This document shows, piece after piece, positions 36,390 through 60,477 of a DNA stretch of 64,000 nt. The DNA is from the human T2T-CHM13v2.0 reference genome, Homo sapiens. The stretch lies in assembly GCF_009914755.1 (NCBI RefSeq), contig NC_060927.1; one strand, given 5' to 3'. Position numbers and translations under genes: made by a program. Position 1 is the stretch's first letter; every line of letters begins with the position of its first letter. The notes under the pieces were generated by a model, which worked only from the letters and a program-made list of their open reading frames with translations, made no database searches and was not told the DNA's origin.

Positions 36390-36661
36390 GAGGTATATTA
36401 GGAGAACACATTCTATTGCTTTCAAATGCACAGCCAGGCCCGGCAATGCGACTGCATCTGAGCATCTTCTAAGAAAATAAAGGCTGGCCAGGTGAGGTAG
36501 GTCACGCCTGTAATCCCAGCACTTTAGGAGGCCAAGGTGGGTGGATCACCTGAGGTCAGGAGTTCAAGACCAGCCTGGCCAACATGGTGAAACCCCGTCT
36601 GTACTAAAAATACAAAAATTAGCTGGGCATGATGGCGGGTGCCTGTAATCCTAGCTACTCA

Positions 36662-36799
<138 letters not shown>

Positions 36800-38582
36800 T
36801 TAAAGGCTGTTCCTGTCCTCAATATCACACTTTAGAGAGAAGCACAGACACATTAAAAAATATATAAATCAGCATAAAAATTCCAATAGTAGAGGTGTGT
36901 TTAAGCTGCAATGAAAGCATAGAGAAGGAAGAATCAAGTCTGAAAAGCTGGAAGAAGCTAAGAGGGCAAAGACCTATCTCACACAGCATCATATTCCTAG
37001 GGCCCAGGCACAAGGCCTAACAAAAAATTAGTGCTCAATAAATATTTCTTGAGTTGAATTGAGTTAAACTGAATTTGTTCACAACACAGCGTTTAGCCCT
37101 AGGAATGCAGCATTAACAACACAAGCCGGGTGCAGTGACTCGCAGCTGTAATCCCAGCACTTTGGGATGCCAAGGCAGGAGGATCACTTGAGGCCAGGAG
37201 TTCAAGACCAGCCTGCGCAACATAGCAAGATCCCATCTCTACAAAAAATAACAACAACAACAACAACAAACCCAGATGTGGTGGCATGTGCCTATACTCC
37301 TAGCTACTCAGCAGGCTGAGAAGAGAAGACTGCTTGAGCTCTGGAGTACAAGGCTGCAATGAGCCATGATTATGCCACTGCACTCCAGCCTGGGTGACAG
37401 AGCAAGACCCTGTCTCTGAAAAGAAACAAAAATGAAAAGGAAAAACCAGACAGTTCACGCCTTTGCTCAGCTTACAATCTAGTGCAGCTCTTCACAAATT
37501 TTAGCACCAGAATCTTCTAGAAAACTTACGAAAACCGGCCGGGTTCGGTGGCTCACGCCTGTAATCTCAGCACTTTGGGAGGCTGAGGCAGGTGGATTAC
37601 CTGAGGTCAGGAGTTCAAGACCAGCCTGACCAACATGGTGAAACCCCATCTCTACTAAAAATACAAAAATTAGCTGGGCGTGGTGGTGCATGCCTGTAAT
37701 TCCAGCTACTAGGGAGGCTGAGGTAGGAGAATTGCTTGAACCTGGGAGCCGGAGGTTGCAGTAAGCGGAGATTGCTAACTGCACTCCAGCCTGGACAACA
37801 AGAGCAAAACTCTGTCTCAAAAAAAAAAAAAGAAAAAAAGAAAACTTATTAAAACCCCAATAGCTGGAGCCCATTTTCAGAGTTTCTCATTCAGCAGGTC
37901 TGTGGTGGGGCCCTAGAATTGGTATTTCTGACAGCTTCCCAGGAGATGTTGGTGCTATTGGTCTGGGTTGCATACTTTCAGAGCTACTGGTCAAGCGCAG
38001 TAGTTCTCAACCCTGGCTACTCATTGGAATCACTTGCCTAACTTTAAAAAATACCTTGCTAGAAGCATCAGCCCAGACCTATTAAAGGTAATTTTAATGT
38101 GCAGGTCAGCATTGAAACCACTGATATGACAAATAGGAGTAGTTAATATTATTTGCTTGCTTGCTATGTAACAGACACCACTTGAAGATCTAATACATAT
38201 TATGACATTTATGAACCCCATTTTACAGGTGAGAAAACTGAGGCTCAGAGAAGTGAGATAAACTGGCTAAGATCATATAAGGCCAGCACAGTGGGTCACA
38301 CCTGTAATCCCAGTATTTTGGGAGGACAAGGTGGAAGGATCGCTTGAGCTCAGGAGTTCAAGACCAGCCTGGGCAATATAGGGAGACCCTGTCTCTACAA
38401 AAACAAAAAAAAATTAACTAGCCAGGTGCTGGTTGGGCACAGTGGTTCACGCCTGTAATCCCAGTACTTTGGGAGGCCAAGGCAGGTAGATCGTCTGAAC
38501 TCAGGAGTTCGAGACAAGCCTGGGCAACATCTCTACTAAAAAATGGTCGAGTTTTTTTTTTTTTTTTAACCCATTTCTACTA

Positions 38583-38711
<129 letters not shown>

Positions 38712-39013
38712 CTAAGGTGTGGGCAACAGAGTGAGACCCTGTCTCAAAAAGAAAAAAAAATTAACCAGGCGTGATGTACAGTATAGTACAGGTGTGTGCC
38801 TGTAGTCCCTGCTACTCAGGAGGCTGAAGTGAGAAGACTGCTTGAGCCCAGGAGGTTGAGGCAATAGTGAGCCTTGATTGCACTACTACGCTCCAGCCTG
38901 GGTGACAGAGCAATACCCTATTTCAAAAAAAAAAAAACAAAAAAAAACCGCCCAGGCGCAGTGGTTTCATGCCTGTAATCCCAGGACTTTGGGAGGCTGA
39001 GGCGGGCAGATCA

Positions 39014-39228
<215 letters not shown>

Positions 39229-39364
39229 GGCTGGGCGCGGTGGCTTACGCCTGTAATCTCAGCACTTTGGGAGGCCGAGGCGGGCGGATCACGAGGTCAG
39301 GAGATCAAGACCATCCTGGCTAACACGGTGAAACCCCGTCTCTACTAAAAATACAAAAAAATTA

Positions 39365-39603
<239 letters not shown>

Positions 39604-40314
39604 TTATAACCATCAGATGTCAGCACCACATGGGCCTCACAGAAACACAGCCCCTGAACTGCCCCTGATTTGAATATTGAATGATGAGTAGAAGTTCTCC
39701 AGGCGGGGAAAGGAGGAAAAGCATTTAAATACTGAGCTCCACACCTCTGGGAATGCCGAAGGAGAGGGAGGAAGTTAGAGGTATACTAGGAAAGATTTCT
39801 GAGCTGGGTAGGAGGGCAGGACGAGAGGATCACTGTGGCCCACCTTCCTCCAAGAGCCTAGAATTGTAGAATGAGGCAATCTAGAACCTGATGGCTGCTT
39901 TAATTGTAGAAACCTAACACGGGACCAGGAGGAAAAGGAGAAAAATAGGAGCACTGACATTTGCTCGGAGTTGCACTGAAAGAATAATGAGCATATGCTC
40001 ATTTACAGCATTTAGTTCTTTTTCGAACATAGACTGCTTGGTCCTGAAATTTTATCCGTCTGAAAACAACTGTATGCTAGTTATCATGCTCTATAAATAT
40101 TCACAGATAAGAGCTAGGAAAATGTAGGGCGGAGGCTATCCATATTTATTCATTTCAGTGTTAAAATCCATGATTAATTTTTCTCCACGTTTCCTGATAC
40201 GTGTATTCTTTCTTTTCATATGCTAGTTTATATTATATACTTTAGTGTTTAATGTGGAAAATTTAGAAAATACAAAATAATGCAAAGAAGGAAATAAAAA
40301 CTATTGTAATCTCA

Positions 40315-40545
<231 letters not shown>

Positions 40546-40661
40546 TCAACTGAGGTCAGGAGTTCAAGACCAGCCTGGCCAAAATGGTGAAACCGTATTT
40601 CTACTAAAAATACAAAAATTAGCCGGGTGTGGTGGTGAGCGCCTATAATCCTAGCTACTCA

Positions 40662-40766
<105 letters not shown>

Positions 40767-41776
40767 TCAAAAAAAAAAAAAATTTAAAAATTTAAAAACT
40801 AAATTAAAAAAAAAAAGAAATTTTGGTTATGACTTTCCAGAAATGTTTTCTCCAAGTGTATGCATGTATTCCAAAAACAGAATCAGGCTGTAAATACAAT
40901 ATGTAATCTCTATTTTTCACTTGATATATATTGTGATCTTTTTTAAGTCTTTAGATTTGACTCCTATAAATTATTTTATAATTATAAATATGTGAATGCC
41001 TTTTAATAATGATGCACTGCCGGAAAACTGCAGTGGGTAAGAAAAGTCAGTCAGTATGGTATTTGTCATTGCTATTATTGTGCTGTCCTGTGGCTGCCGT
41101 CATGAAGTGTGGATCCATAACATAGGTGGAGACTCATCTGTGAGTCATTAGTAGCTGACTCAAGAGGAACCAACAGTGTTTACTCTCTGAATAGGTGTTT
41201 CTGCATTTGAGAGGTGATTCAACTTACATTTTTAATCTTGTTCGAGTGAGTAAGGATTCTTTGTGAACTTGGAGCGCTGGTAGAGTGCTTTTCCTCATTG
41301 CTAGTAAAATAGGAAATGGAGGGACTCCACGCAGAACCCCCTTCCCAAGTTTACCTTTCCTCCTTTGCAGGGAACTGCTGCCTCCCAGAGGATAAATGCG
41401 CAGGTGAAGGTCTTAATGGGAAGCCCGTGGCCGCTGGGAGAATGTGTTTCTCTTCTTAATGAATGCATTTCCCTCCTTTCTTTTTCTTGTTCTTACAGGG
41501 TTTCTGTGTAATTTCAGTTTGTCTAAGAGTTTTCTTTTCTTTCCTTTTCTTTTTTCAGTTGGAGTCTCGCTCTGTCCCCCAGGCTGGAGTGCAGTGGCGC
41601 TATCTTGGCTCACTGCAAGCTCTGCCTCCTGGGTTCAAGCGATTCTCCTGCCTCAGCCTCCTGAGTAGCTGAGATTAGAGGCGTGCACCACCACACCCGG
41701 CTAATTTTGTATTTTTAGTAGAGATGGGGTTTCTCCATGTTGGTCAGGCTGGTCTTGAACGCCCAACCTCAGGTGA

Positions 41777-42115
<339 letters not shown>

Positions 42116-42897
42116 TGAACCTGGCTGTTTGTTGTTGGTGCTGACTCGCAGGCATGGTAAGTTGTTTCCATGTATGTCTGGAGTATAAGTTCATCGGTAG
42201 CAGGGCTTGGTTTCTCCTGAGAGAATTCACTGTGAGAAAGAGTCTTGGCACGTCTGTTCTCTGTTGACACTTGCCGAGAGTCTTGGAACGTCACTGGGCT
42301 TGTACACATTTCTGTAAGTTCTCATATTAGAGTTTGGGGTACCACATAGGTAAAAAAAATTCAAACTCTAAACCCCTAGGAGAAACTAAACTCTGAGATG
42401 TTAACAGTGAGGGAACATGGGTGAGAGGAATATGGAGAAACTCTGTGTACTACCTGGCAATTTTTCTGCAAACTTACAGTTATTCCAAAATAAAAAGTAT
42501 TTTTTAGGCCAGGCATAGTGACTCATGCCTGTAATCCCAGCACTTTGGGAGGCCAAGGAGGGTGGATCACTTGAGATCAGGAGTTTGAGACCAGCCTGGC
42601 CACCATGGTGAAACCCCGTCTCTACTAAAAATACAAAAATTAGCCAGGCGTGAGGGCGCATGCCTGTAATCTCAGCTACTCGGGAGGTTGAGGCAGGACA
42701 ATTGCTTGAACCTGCAAGGCAAAGGTTGCAGTGAGCCGAGATTGTGCCACTGCACTTCAGCTTGGGCGACAAAGCGAGACTGTCTCATATATTTATGTAT
42801 ACATAAATATATATGTATAAATATATATATATACATATATATATATATTTTAATGAAGCCCCTAGATTACTAAAGCCAATTCAACCCTTAGGTAGTT

Positions 42898-43486
42898 TGG
42901 AAGGAAAATAAATATCCCCAAAATCAAAGTCAAGCTGGGAACTGCGTAGGGCAAACCTGCCTCCCATTCTATTCCTAAATAAGATAGCTACAAAGAGTTT
43001 AAAAAGCTACATACCTCCCTCACAATCTGCCCACCAGGAAATTCCCTGTGGACAAAGTACAGGCTGAACTCAAAGTCATCGCTCTGCTTACATGAGACAA
43101 ATGCATATCTGATTGCTCCCTGTGCCCTGCTGTTTCACTAAGCCAGACTAAGACATAAGTGACGATTCCTGTAAATTGTGCATTCAGTGAAAGACTACTC
43201 AGAAACTCAAAAGAAACCATTTGTCTCTTATCTACCTACGACCTGGAAACCTCCTCCCTGCTTCGAGTTGTCCCGCCTTTCTGGACTGAACCAATGTACA
43301 TCTTACAATGTACATCTGACATGTCTCATGCCTCCCTAAAATGTATAAAGCCAAACTGTGCCCCAACCACCTTGGGGCACCTGTTGTCAGGACGTCCTGA
43401 GGCTGTGTCACGGGTGCATCCTTAACCTTGGCAAAATAAACTTTCTAAATTGATCGAGGCCTGTCTCAGATACCTTTTGGCTTATA
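42898..43486 (+). mobile_element. MER4-family (ERV1) solo LTR
   Basis: AAGTCAAGCTGGGAACTGCGTAGGGCAAACCTGCCTCCCATTCTATTCCTAAATAAGATAGC ... AATAAACTTTCTAAATTGATCGAG; flanking GTAGT repeats. Confidence 0.8.
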
Positions 43487-43939
43487 GTAGTCAGAGTCAA
43501 CTTATATCCTTACTGGTCTTCACTTTCCTCCTCATTTGATATATCTGCAGATAGTCCTTTTCCCTTGCAAGCTCAGCTATGAATTTAAAATAATTTGTGT
43601 TCACCATGTTCAGTGGCTCACATCTGTAATCCCAGCAACTCAGGAGGCTGAGACAGGAGGATTGCTTGAGATGAGGAATTCAAGACCAGCCTAGGCAATA
43701 TAGCAAGATCCCCATTTCTTAAAAAATTAGCCAGGTGTGGTGGCACATGCCTGTAGTCCTAGCTACTCAGGAGACTAAGGTGAGACTATAGCTTGAGCCC
43801 AGGAGTTTGAGGCTGTGGTGAGCTACGATTGCACCACTGCACTCCAACCTGGGCAACAGGCCGAGACCCTGTCTCTGAAAAAGAAAAATTGTGTCATAAT
43901 TTATCTAGTATTTGTGAATGTTATCAGGTCATATGAATT

Positions 43940-44770
<831 letters not shown>

Positions 44771-46722
44771 GAATTCTCAGTTTGGTGTCAACAATAGTAG
44801 CAAAGAGAACAGAGAAGTGAATCACTATGGCATAGCAAAAACCTCTTTATGGGATACTAGGTAGGCTTTTGAGAACACACATGGCCCTTCCCAAGTCTAA
44901 CAGTATGACACGGAAGAAAACATTTCTCTACATGACCATCAAATGTCAGGTGTACCTTCATGAGGGCCTCAATCCAGAGGTCTTTTTATTCACTATTTTT
45001 GGAGAATAAACCTCTAGCCAGAGTGGAGGAGGGAAAGCTGCCTAATTACCTGTGGCAGGGGAAGAAATTCCTGAAGTTCCACTGCGTTTTCAACAGATTT
45101 TCAACCAGCGTCCATGTTTTACTCTCACGTCCCCATGTCCAAAGGCACATGGTGCCGCCAGTTCCTTGTCTTTGGGGTCTTTCCGCAGCTTAGATGAGGT
45201 TGCTTATCAGCTTTCCTCACTTCCCTTTTAGGACTAAGCTTTCTCCCGTCTGCTAATTTTGTCATCATTTTCCCATTTGCTTTCCAATTTAAGCAACTTT
45301 GTGGGCTGTTGTCTCTTTTCCAATTTTCTTTAGTGTTTAAGTACTTTTTTTTTTTTTTTTGAGACAGGGTTTTTCTGTCATCCAGGCTGGAGAGCAGTGG
45401 CATGATCTTGACTGACAGCAGCCTCCACCTCTCCGGGCTCAGATGATCTTCCCACCTGCAATACCACACCCAACTCATTTTTTGTATTTTTTTGTAGAGG
45501 CAGGGTTTCGTCATGTTGCCTAGGCTAGTTTCAAACTCCTGGGCTCAAGGCATCCGCCTGCCTCAGCCTCCCAAAGTGCCGGGATTACAGATACGAGCCA
45601 CCGCGCCCAGACTTTAAGTCTTTTTTAATAACACTTTTTACTGTACTTTAGTGAGCTTTCAGGAGAGAGTAGAAGCTAAAGAGCAATCTTCTGATTTTAA
45701 CCAAAAATCAAGACTGTAATCCATAGAGACGAAATCCCGTTTGAAGAGGAGGGGCAAGGAGAAGCCAAGGTAGGGCCATGGGAGCCCTGGGGAGCCTCAA
45801 AATCCACCTAGATCCACACACTATTCAGAGTTCCCTGGGAAGCCCTGAAACCTCAATTCCCACTAATTAGCCGACAGGATTGCCCTGGGGAACTCACATC
45901 TCAGTTCACGCCAGCAGAGCACTTAAACAACTATCTTGAATAAATCCTTTAATCTCCGTACAATCCAACACCTTCCAGGCCCTATAAGAACCAAGGGCAC
46001 TGCAAGGAAAGCAGCCAAAGTTGGAAAATAGGTGCCCCGCAGGCATATTTAGTAATTATGCCTCAGCGTGTACATCCATTCCTAATGAGTCCTCACTGTC
46101 TACAAACACAACTGAGAGATCAGATAGAGATTGCGTACCTCTATTTTATCAGACTTAGATCTGATTAATCTAAATTCCCATATACTTATAGAAATGCATG
46201 CCCTGACTCTGCTTTTGAAACTTGGAACATCACTAGGTTCACTTTCTTTTTTTTTGAAACAGGGTTTCACTCTGTTGCCCAAGGTGGAGTGCAGTGCTGC
46301 AATCTCGGTTCACTGCAACCTCCAACTCCCGGATTCAAGCAATTCTTGTACCTCAGCCTCCAGAGTAGCTAGGATTACAAGCGCCTGCCACCACACCTGG
46401 CTAACTTTTTTGTATTTTTAGTAGAGCCAGGGCTTCGCTATGTTGGCCAGGCTGGTCTCGAACTCCTGGCCTCCAGTGATCCACCTGCCTCGGACTCCCA
46501 AAGTGCTGAGATTATAGGCGTGAGCCACTGCGCCTGGCCTACTTAGTTCACTTTATTTTTTTTAATTTTTTTGAGATGGGGTTCCGCTCTTGTTGCCCAG
46601 GCTGGAGTACAATGGCGTGATCTTGGCTCACCGCAACCTCCGCTTCCTGGGTTTAAGCAATTCTCCTGCCTCAGCCTCCTGAGTAGCTGGGATTACAGGC
46701 ATGTGCCACCATGCCCGGCTAA

Positions 46723-46875
<153 letters not shown>

Positions 46876-47584
46876 TAGATTTTCCTTTCAATATCTACTT
46901 CAGTGAGTCTAACAGATTCAACAGTTAATTCAAAATTCGAGAAGGCAGGAAAATCACGAAGTTCCCGTTGAAGAACTCCAGAGGATCTTTTGCCTTTTAC
47001 TTATTCTGGAATGAGGGAGTTCAGCCAAGGAGCATCTCCTTTGCTTTCTGCTCCCTGGGAGTTTGCCAGCTGAGTTTATCACAGCACCACCTTGTCCCAA
47101 AACTAAGTTTTGAGCTGTGTTCATATTAGAAGCACCCTGGGCCAGGCAGCTTGAGACCAGGAGTTTGAGACCAGCCTGGACAATGTGGCAAAACCCTGTC
47201 TCTAGACAAAATACCAAAATTAGCTGGGTGTGGTAGTGCACACCTGTAGTCCCAGCTACTGGGGGTTGAGGGCAGGGGTGCTGAGGCAGGAGGATGGCTT
47301 GAGCCCAGGAGGTTGAGGCTACAGTGAACCACGATCATGCCACTGCACTCCAGCCTAGGCCACAGAGTGAGACCCTGTCTTCAAAAACAAACAAACAAAA
47401 AAAGACCGGGCATGGTGGCGTGTGCCTGTAATCCCAACTACTTGGGAGGCTGATGTGGGAGGATCACTTAAGCCCGGAGGGCAGAGGGAACGTCTCAGTA
47501 GAAGTTTCGGTGTTTCTTATTATATATAATAAGAGACAGAGCCTTGTGTTAGAAAACAAACAAGCAAAAAACAAAAACAAAAAA

Positions 47585-48958
<1,374 letters not shown>

Positions 48959-48960
48959 AG

Positions 48961-51860
<2,900 letters not shown>

Positions 51861-52565
51861 ATCACAAGCCTGATAAGTTGTAATGAAGGTTTTCTTCACC
51901 AATCCGTTTCCTTTAATCCTGATATCACCAGACTGTACATATTCCTCACCCCTTCTTCTTATTTATTTTATTCTGTTTTATTGTATTTTGTTTTTTGAGA
52001 CAGGGTCTCACTCTGTCGCCCAGGCTGGAGTGCAGTGGAGGATAACAAAGTAATGGTGAATACTTTGAAAATTTGAAGTACTTGACATAATAGCTTTCTT
52101 ACAAAGCATATTAAATGATATTGTAATTTATAGTTTCTTTCATTGAGATCAAGGCTAAGCCCAAAATTTTAAAGGAAAATAAAAATGAAAGGGCACTACC
52201 CCTTGACTCTTTTCTCTCTTTAGGGAAGACTCAAAGACCTTCTAGGAGGTAGTATCAGAAAGTACCAGCGACTTAGGCATCACTTCAAGTGTTTCAATGG
52301 GGACAGGCAGGAAAGTGGCATAGTGGTGGTTCTAGGAGATATTTTTTCCCCCAAATCCTAGTAGTTAATCAAAAATAATCGTCACCAGCAACAACTGAAA
52401 ATACTTATGGGGCTAGTCACAGACTTCAGCCGTCCCACTATTTAGAATTTTACATTGAAAACAAGATCTAGCTGGGTGAGGTGGCTCACGCCTGTAATCC
52501 CAACACTTTGGGAGGCCGAGGCAGGCAGATCACCTGAGGTCGGGAGTTTGAGACCAGCCTGGCTA

Positions 52566-52766
<201 letters not shown>

Positions 52767-53544
52767 CTACATTTGCCTCTGCCATGATTTGGCTAATGAC
52801 TACAGATTCCAGTAGGCTACAATCTGTCAGTACCAGCATATCCCAAACAGTCAGAAGATTTCAGATGGAGTACTTATTTTGGTAGTTATGTGATTATTTT
52901 AATCAGCACTGGAAAAAATATAACAAATTTAACCTGTGATTTCACTGAAGCTAAGTAAATGCGAATTGTAACCTATAGTTACAAAAATTTGTTAAGAAAA
53001 ACTAGGCATCCCAGCACTTTGGGAGGCTGAACTGCGAGGATTGCTTGAGGCCAGGAGTTTGAGACCAGCCTGGGTAACACAGCAAGACCTCATCTCTTAA
53101 AAAAAAAAAAAGAAAAAGGAAAAGAAAAATTAGGTAAATATGTCAAAGAGTACTCAGGTATAGCAAAAATTATGAAGCCTGAATAACTGAAGAATGACTG
53201 GATTTATACCAAAAAAATAAGGTCTGTAAACTGCTGCTTTGCTTCTGAGTTGACTGCGCCTCAGGCTTAGATGCAGGGACTACATTTAAAGGGCACCCTT
53301 ACCAACCCATGATATAGGCTCAGCTTTGAATTTGGGCAAACACCATACAAAGTCTACAAATAATATCAGCAGAAGTAACAATACAAAACAATGAATGTGG
53401 GAGTAAATAGGAGGAACTATTCTGTCACTCTGAGCTTGGTTCCTTAATGTAGTAGGAGGCGGAGGTTGCAGTGAGCAGAGACGGTGACAGTGCACTCCAG
53501 CCTGGGTAACAGAGTGAGACCCCGTCTCAAAAAAAAAAAAAAAA

Positions 53545-54531
<987 letters not shown>

Positions 54532-55007
54532 AGCACCAAGGCACTGGGCTTTATATTGTGGGAGATACAAAGATTAATAAAACATAATCTACCCTCTCAA
54601 GGTGGATACAATTTAGTAGAAGAGATGAAACACATTACTAAATATGCTAGAACATATCATAAAAGCAGCAGAAAGAATGGCTATGGGAGTCCAAAGGAAA
54701 GAAACCACTCTGTTTCTAGGGTTATTCATACTGGAGGAGGAGGTGTTTGAGCTGATCTTAAAAGGATAATGCAGATTTTCTTTTTCTTTTTGGAGACATG
54801 GTCTCGCTCTGTCACCCAAGCCAAAGTGCAGTGGCGCGATCTCAGCTCACTGCAGCCTCTACCTCCTGGGCTCAAGTTATCCACCCAGATCTCGGCTCAC
54901 TGCAGCCTCTGCCTCCTGGGCTCAAGTTATACACCCACCTCACCCTCCTGAGAAGTTTGGACTACAAGCGTGAGCCACTGCACACCGCACCCAGGCGGGA
55001 TAAGTAA

Positions 55008-55310
<303 letters not shown>

Positions 55311-55546
55311 TAAATTTTTAGAGATGAATAAAAAAAGGTGGAGAAAGTGGCACACTTTTACAAATTAAATCACAATATAAGGCATTTTTAAATAAACCTA
55401 TTATTAGTCATTTGATAAAGGAAATACTCCCATAATAAAAAACAATCATGCCCTAACATATCTTTTGTTTTAAGGAAGACGCAGGCCGGGCGTGGTGGCT
55501 CACGCCTGTAATCCCAGCACTTTGGGAGGCTGAGGCGGGCGGATCA

Positions 55547-55804
<258 letters not shown>

Positions 55805-56000
55805 TTAGATTTGCTCGAACCTAAATAATGACAGCATTGTAATTATAGTTTTAAAAATTATAAATGTCACTGGGTCCAGTGGCTCATGCCTGTAATCCCA
55901 GCACTTTGGGAGGCTGAGGTGAGAGGATTACTTGAAGCCAAGAGTTCAAGACCAACCTGGGTGACAGAGCAAGGCCCTATCTCTACAAAAATAAAAATTA

Positions 56001-56180
<180 letters not shown>

Positions 56181-56284
56181 CTAATATATGCTCATGGTAC
56201 TAAAAAAACATAAACTGAACAGTAGTGTGTCAAGCAAAAAGTAAGTTTTCTGGCCTGGTGCGGTGGCTCACATCTGTAATCTCA

Positions 56285-56530
<246 letters not shown>

Positions 56531-56742
56531 TCAAAAAAAAGTAAGGTTTTCCTGTCTGTTTCCCATTTGCACTCCCTATTAGAGGAAATCACTATTTCCT
56601 TCTAGAAAAGTTTGATTGAAATAATTATGTATAATACATGTTTCTCTGCATAAACCTACGCATGTACCCATCCATTTTTTTTTTAAATATAGAGATGGGG
56701 TCTTACTATGTTGCCCAGGCTGGTCTCAAACTCCTGAGCTGA

Positions 56743-57026
<284 letters not shown>

Positions 57027-57261
57027 TAACAGGCTGGTCTCGAATTCCTGAGCTCAGGTGATCCACCTGCCTCAGCCTCCCAAAGTGCTGGGATTATAGG
57101 CGTGAGCCACTGCACCCGGCTTACCCCTCCATTTTTTCACACAAAGGACCTTGCAAAATATAATGATCTTTGAGAAGTTACAATATATAAACATCTTTGC
57201 ATATTGGTACACAGAGATCTAGAGACTTCATTGTTATTGTTATTTTTCACTAATGTCATTT

Positions 57262-57791
57262 TGTTACAGGAAGGGGGTCCCGATCCAGACCCCAAGAGAG
57301 GATTCTTGGATCTCGCACAAGAAAGATTTCAGGGTGAGTTCACAGTGCAAAGTAGAAGCAAGTTCATTAAGAAAGTAAAGTAGTGAAAGTACAGCTATTC
57401 CATAGACAGAGTAGAACGTTCCCGAAAGTAACAGGAAGAACGCATCCACCCTAGGTACAATACTTGTATATATAGAATAAAAAAAGATCATGGGAAGATG
57501 TGCTGTGCTCAAGGGTTTGTGATAAAGGATTAATTTTCTTAATTACTGTATTTTGCAAGAATCGATATTATTATCTTTAAAGCAAAATTAGGAATGCCTT
57601 TGTTCTCAAGATATTGGGATATCAGGACACTCCCAAGTCTGGGTCTGTTTAGTAAACATTATCAATTTGTTCCCTTACTAAACATCTAGAGGCTAGGAAT
57701 ACCTTTCTGGTACAGCAGCCCAGCAAGTTCCAGCTTCATTTTCCTAGCCCTCACTCAAGATGGAGTCTGTCTGGTTAGAACGCCTCTGGCA
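57262..57791 (-). mobile_element. MER41-family (ERV1) solo LTR
   Basis: Minus strand starts TGCCAGAGGCGTTCTAACCAGACAGACTCCATCTTGAG and ends ...GGGGTCTGGATCGGGACCCCCTTCCTGTAACA. Confidence 0.85.
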
Positions 57792-57818
57792 ATTCTATTG
57801 TACCAGTATTCACTCTAG

Positions 57819-58246
<428 letters not shown>

Positions 58247-58558
58247 TGACAATCACTACTGTTTTCTATTTCTATAATTTTGTCTTTTCAAAAATGTTAT
58301 ATCTTGCAGGAGGTAACTATTTATTTATTTATTTGAGACAGATGTTTACATATTGTAAATGCTCAAAGATCATTATATTTTGCAAGAGACCAGGTTTCAC
58401 CATGTTGGCCAGGCTGGTCTCAAACTCCTGACCTCAGGTGATCCACCTGCCTCAGCCTCCAAAAGCGTTGGGATTACAGGTGTGAGCCACTGGGCCTGGC
58501 CCATGTTGCCCTTTAATAGCCACAGTTCATCTGTCTCCTGCCCCCATTCTCTCCTTAA

Positions 58559-58897
<339 letters not shown>

Positions 58898-59278
58898 TAG
58901 GCCTCCCAAAGTGCTGGGATTACAGGCGTGAGCCACCGCGCCTGGCCAAGGGGTAGCTTTTTAGCATTGATTTAAAATTCAGCATAATAATCTGGAGATT
59001 CATACAGGTTGTGATATGTAATAATAAATAGACCCTTTCTTTTTATTACCAAGTAGTATTCCACAGTATGAATATATCACAGTTTACCCATTCATCCATT
59101 GAAAGACATCTGGATTGTTTTCAGTTTCTGCCTATTATAAATAAAGCTGCTCTGAACATTCATATCAGAGTCTTTGTGTGAACATAAGTCTTCATTTCTC
59201 TCAGCTAAATGCCCAAGAGTGAAATTGCTGGATCACATGGTATGGTGGTGGTTACCTGTTTAGCTTTTTAAGAAACTA

Positions 59279-59623
<345 letters not shown>

Positions 59624-59870
59624 TCACTTTACATTTCCATCAGCAGAGGATGAGAGATCCAGTTTCTCTGCATACTTGTCAGAATTTGTTGTTGTCACTT
59701 TGTTATTTTAGCCATTCTAATTAGGTGTACAACGATATTTCATTGTGGTTTTTATTTGCATTTCTCAAATGGCTAATAGTGTTAAACATCTTTTTGTATG
59801 CTTGTTTGCCATCTGTATATCCTCCTCAGTGAAATGTTTGTTTTCTTTTTTAAATTTTGTTTAATGTTTT

Positions 59871-60372
<502 letters not shown>

Positions 60373-60477
60373 TAGATACCAGTACTTTGCCAGATACGTG
60401 GTTTGCACATATTTTCTCCTCTATAGCTTATCTTTTCATCCTTATCTTAACAGGGTCTTTCAAAAGCCGAGGTTTTC

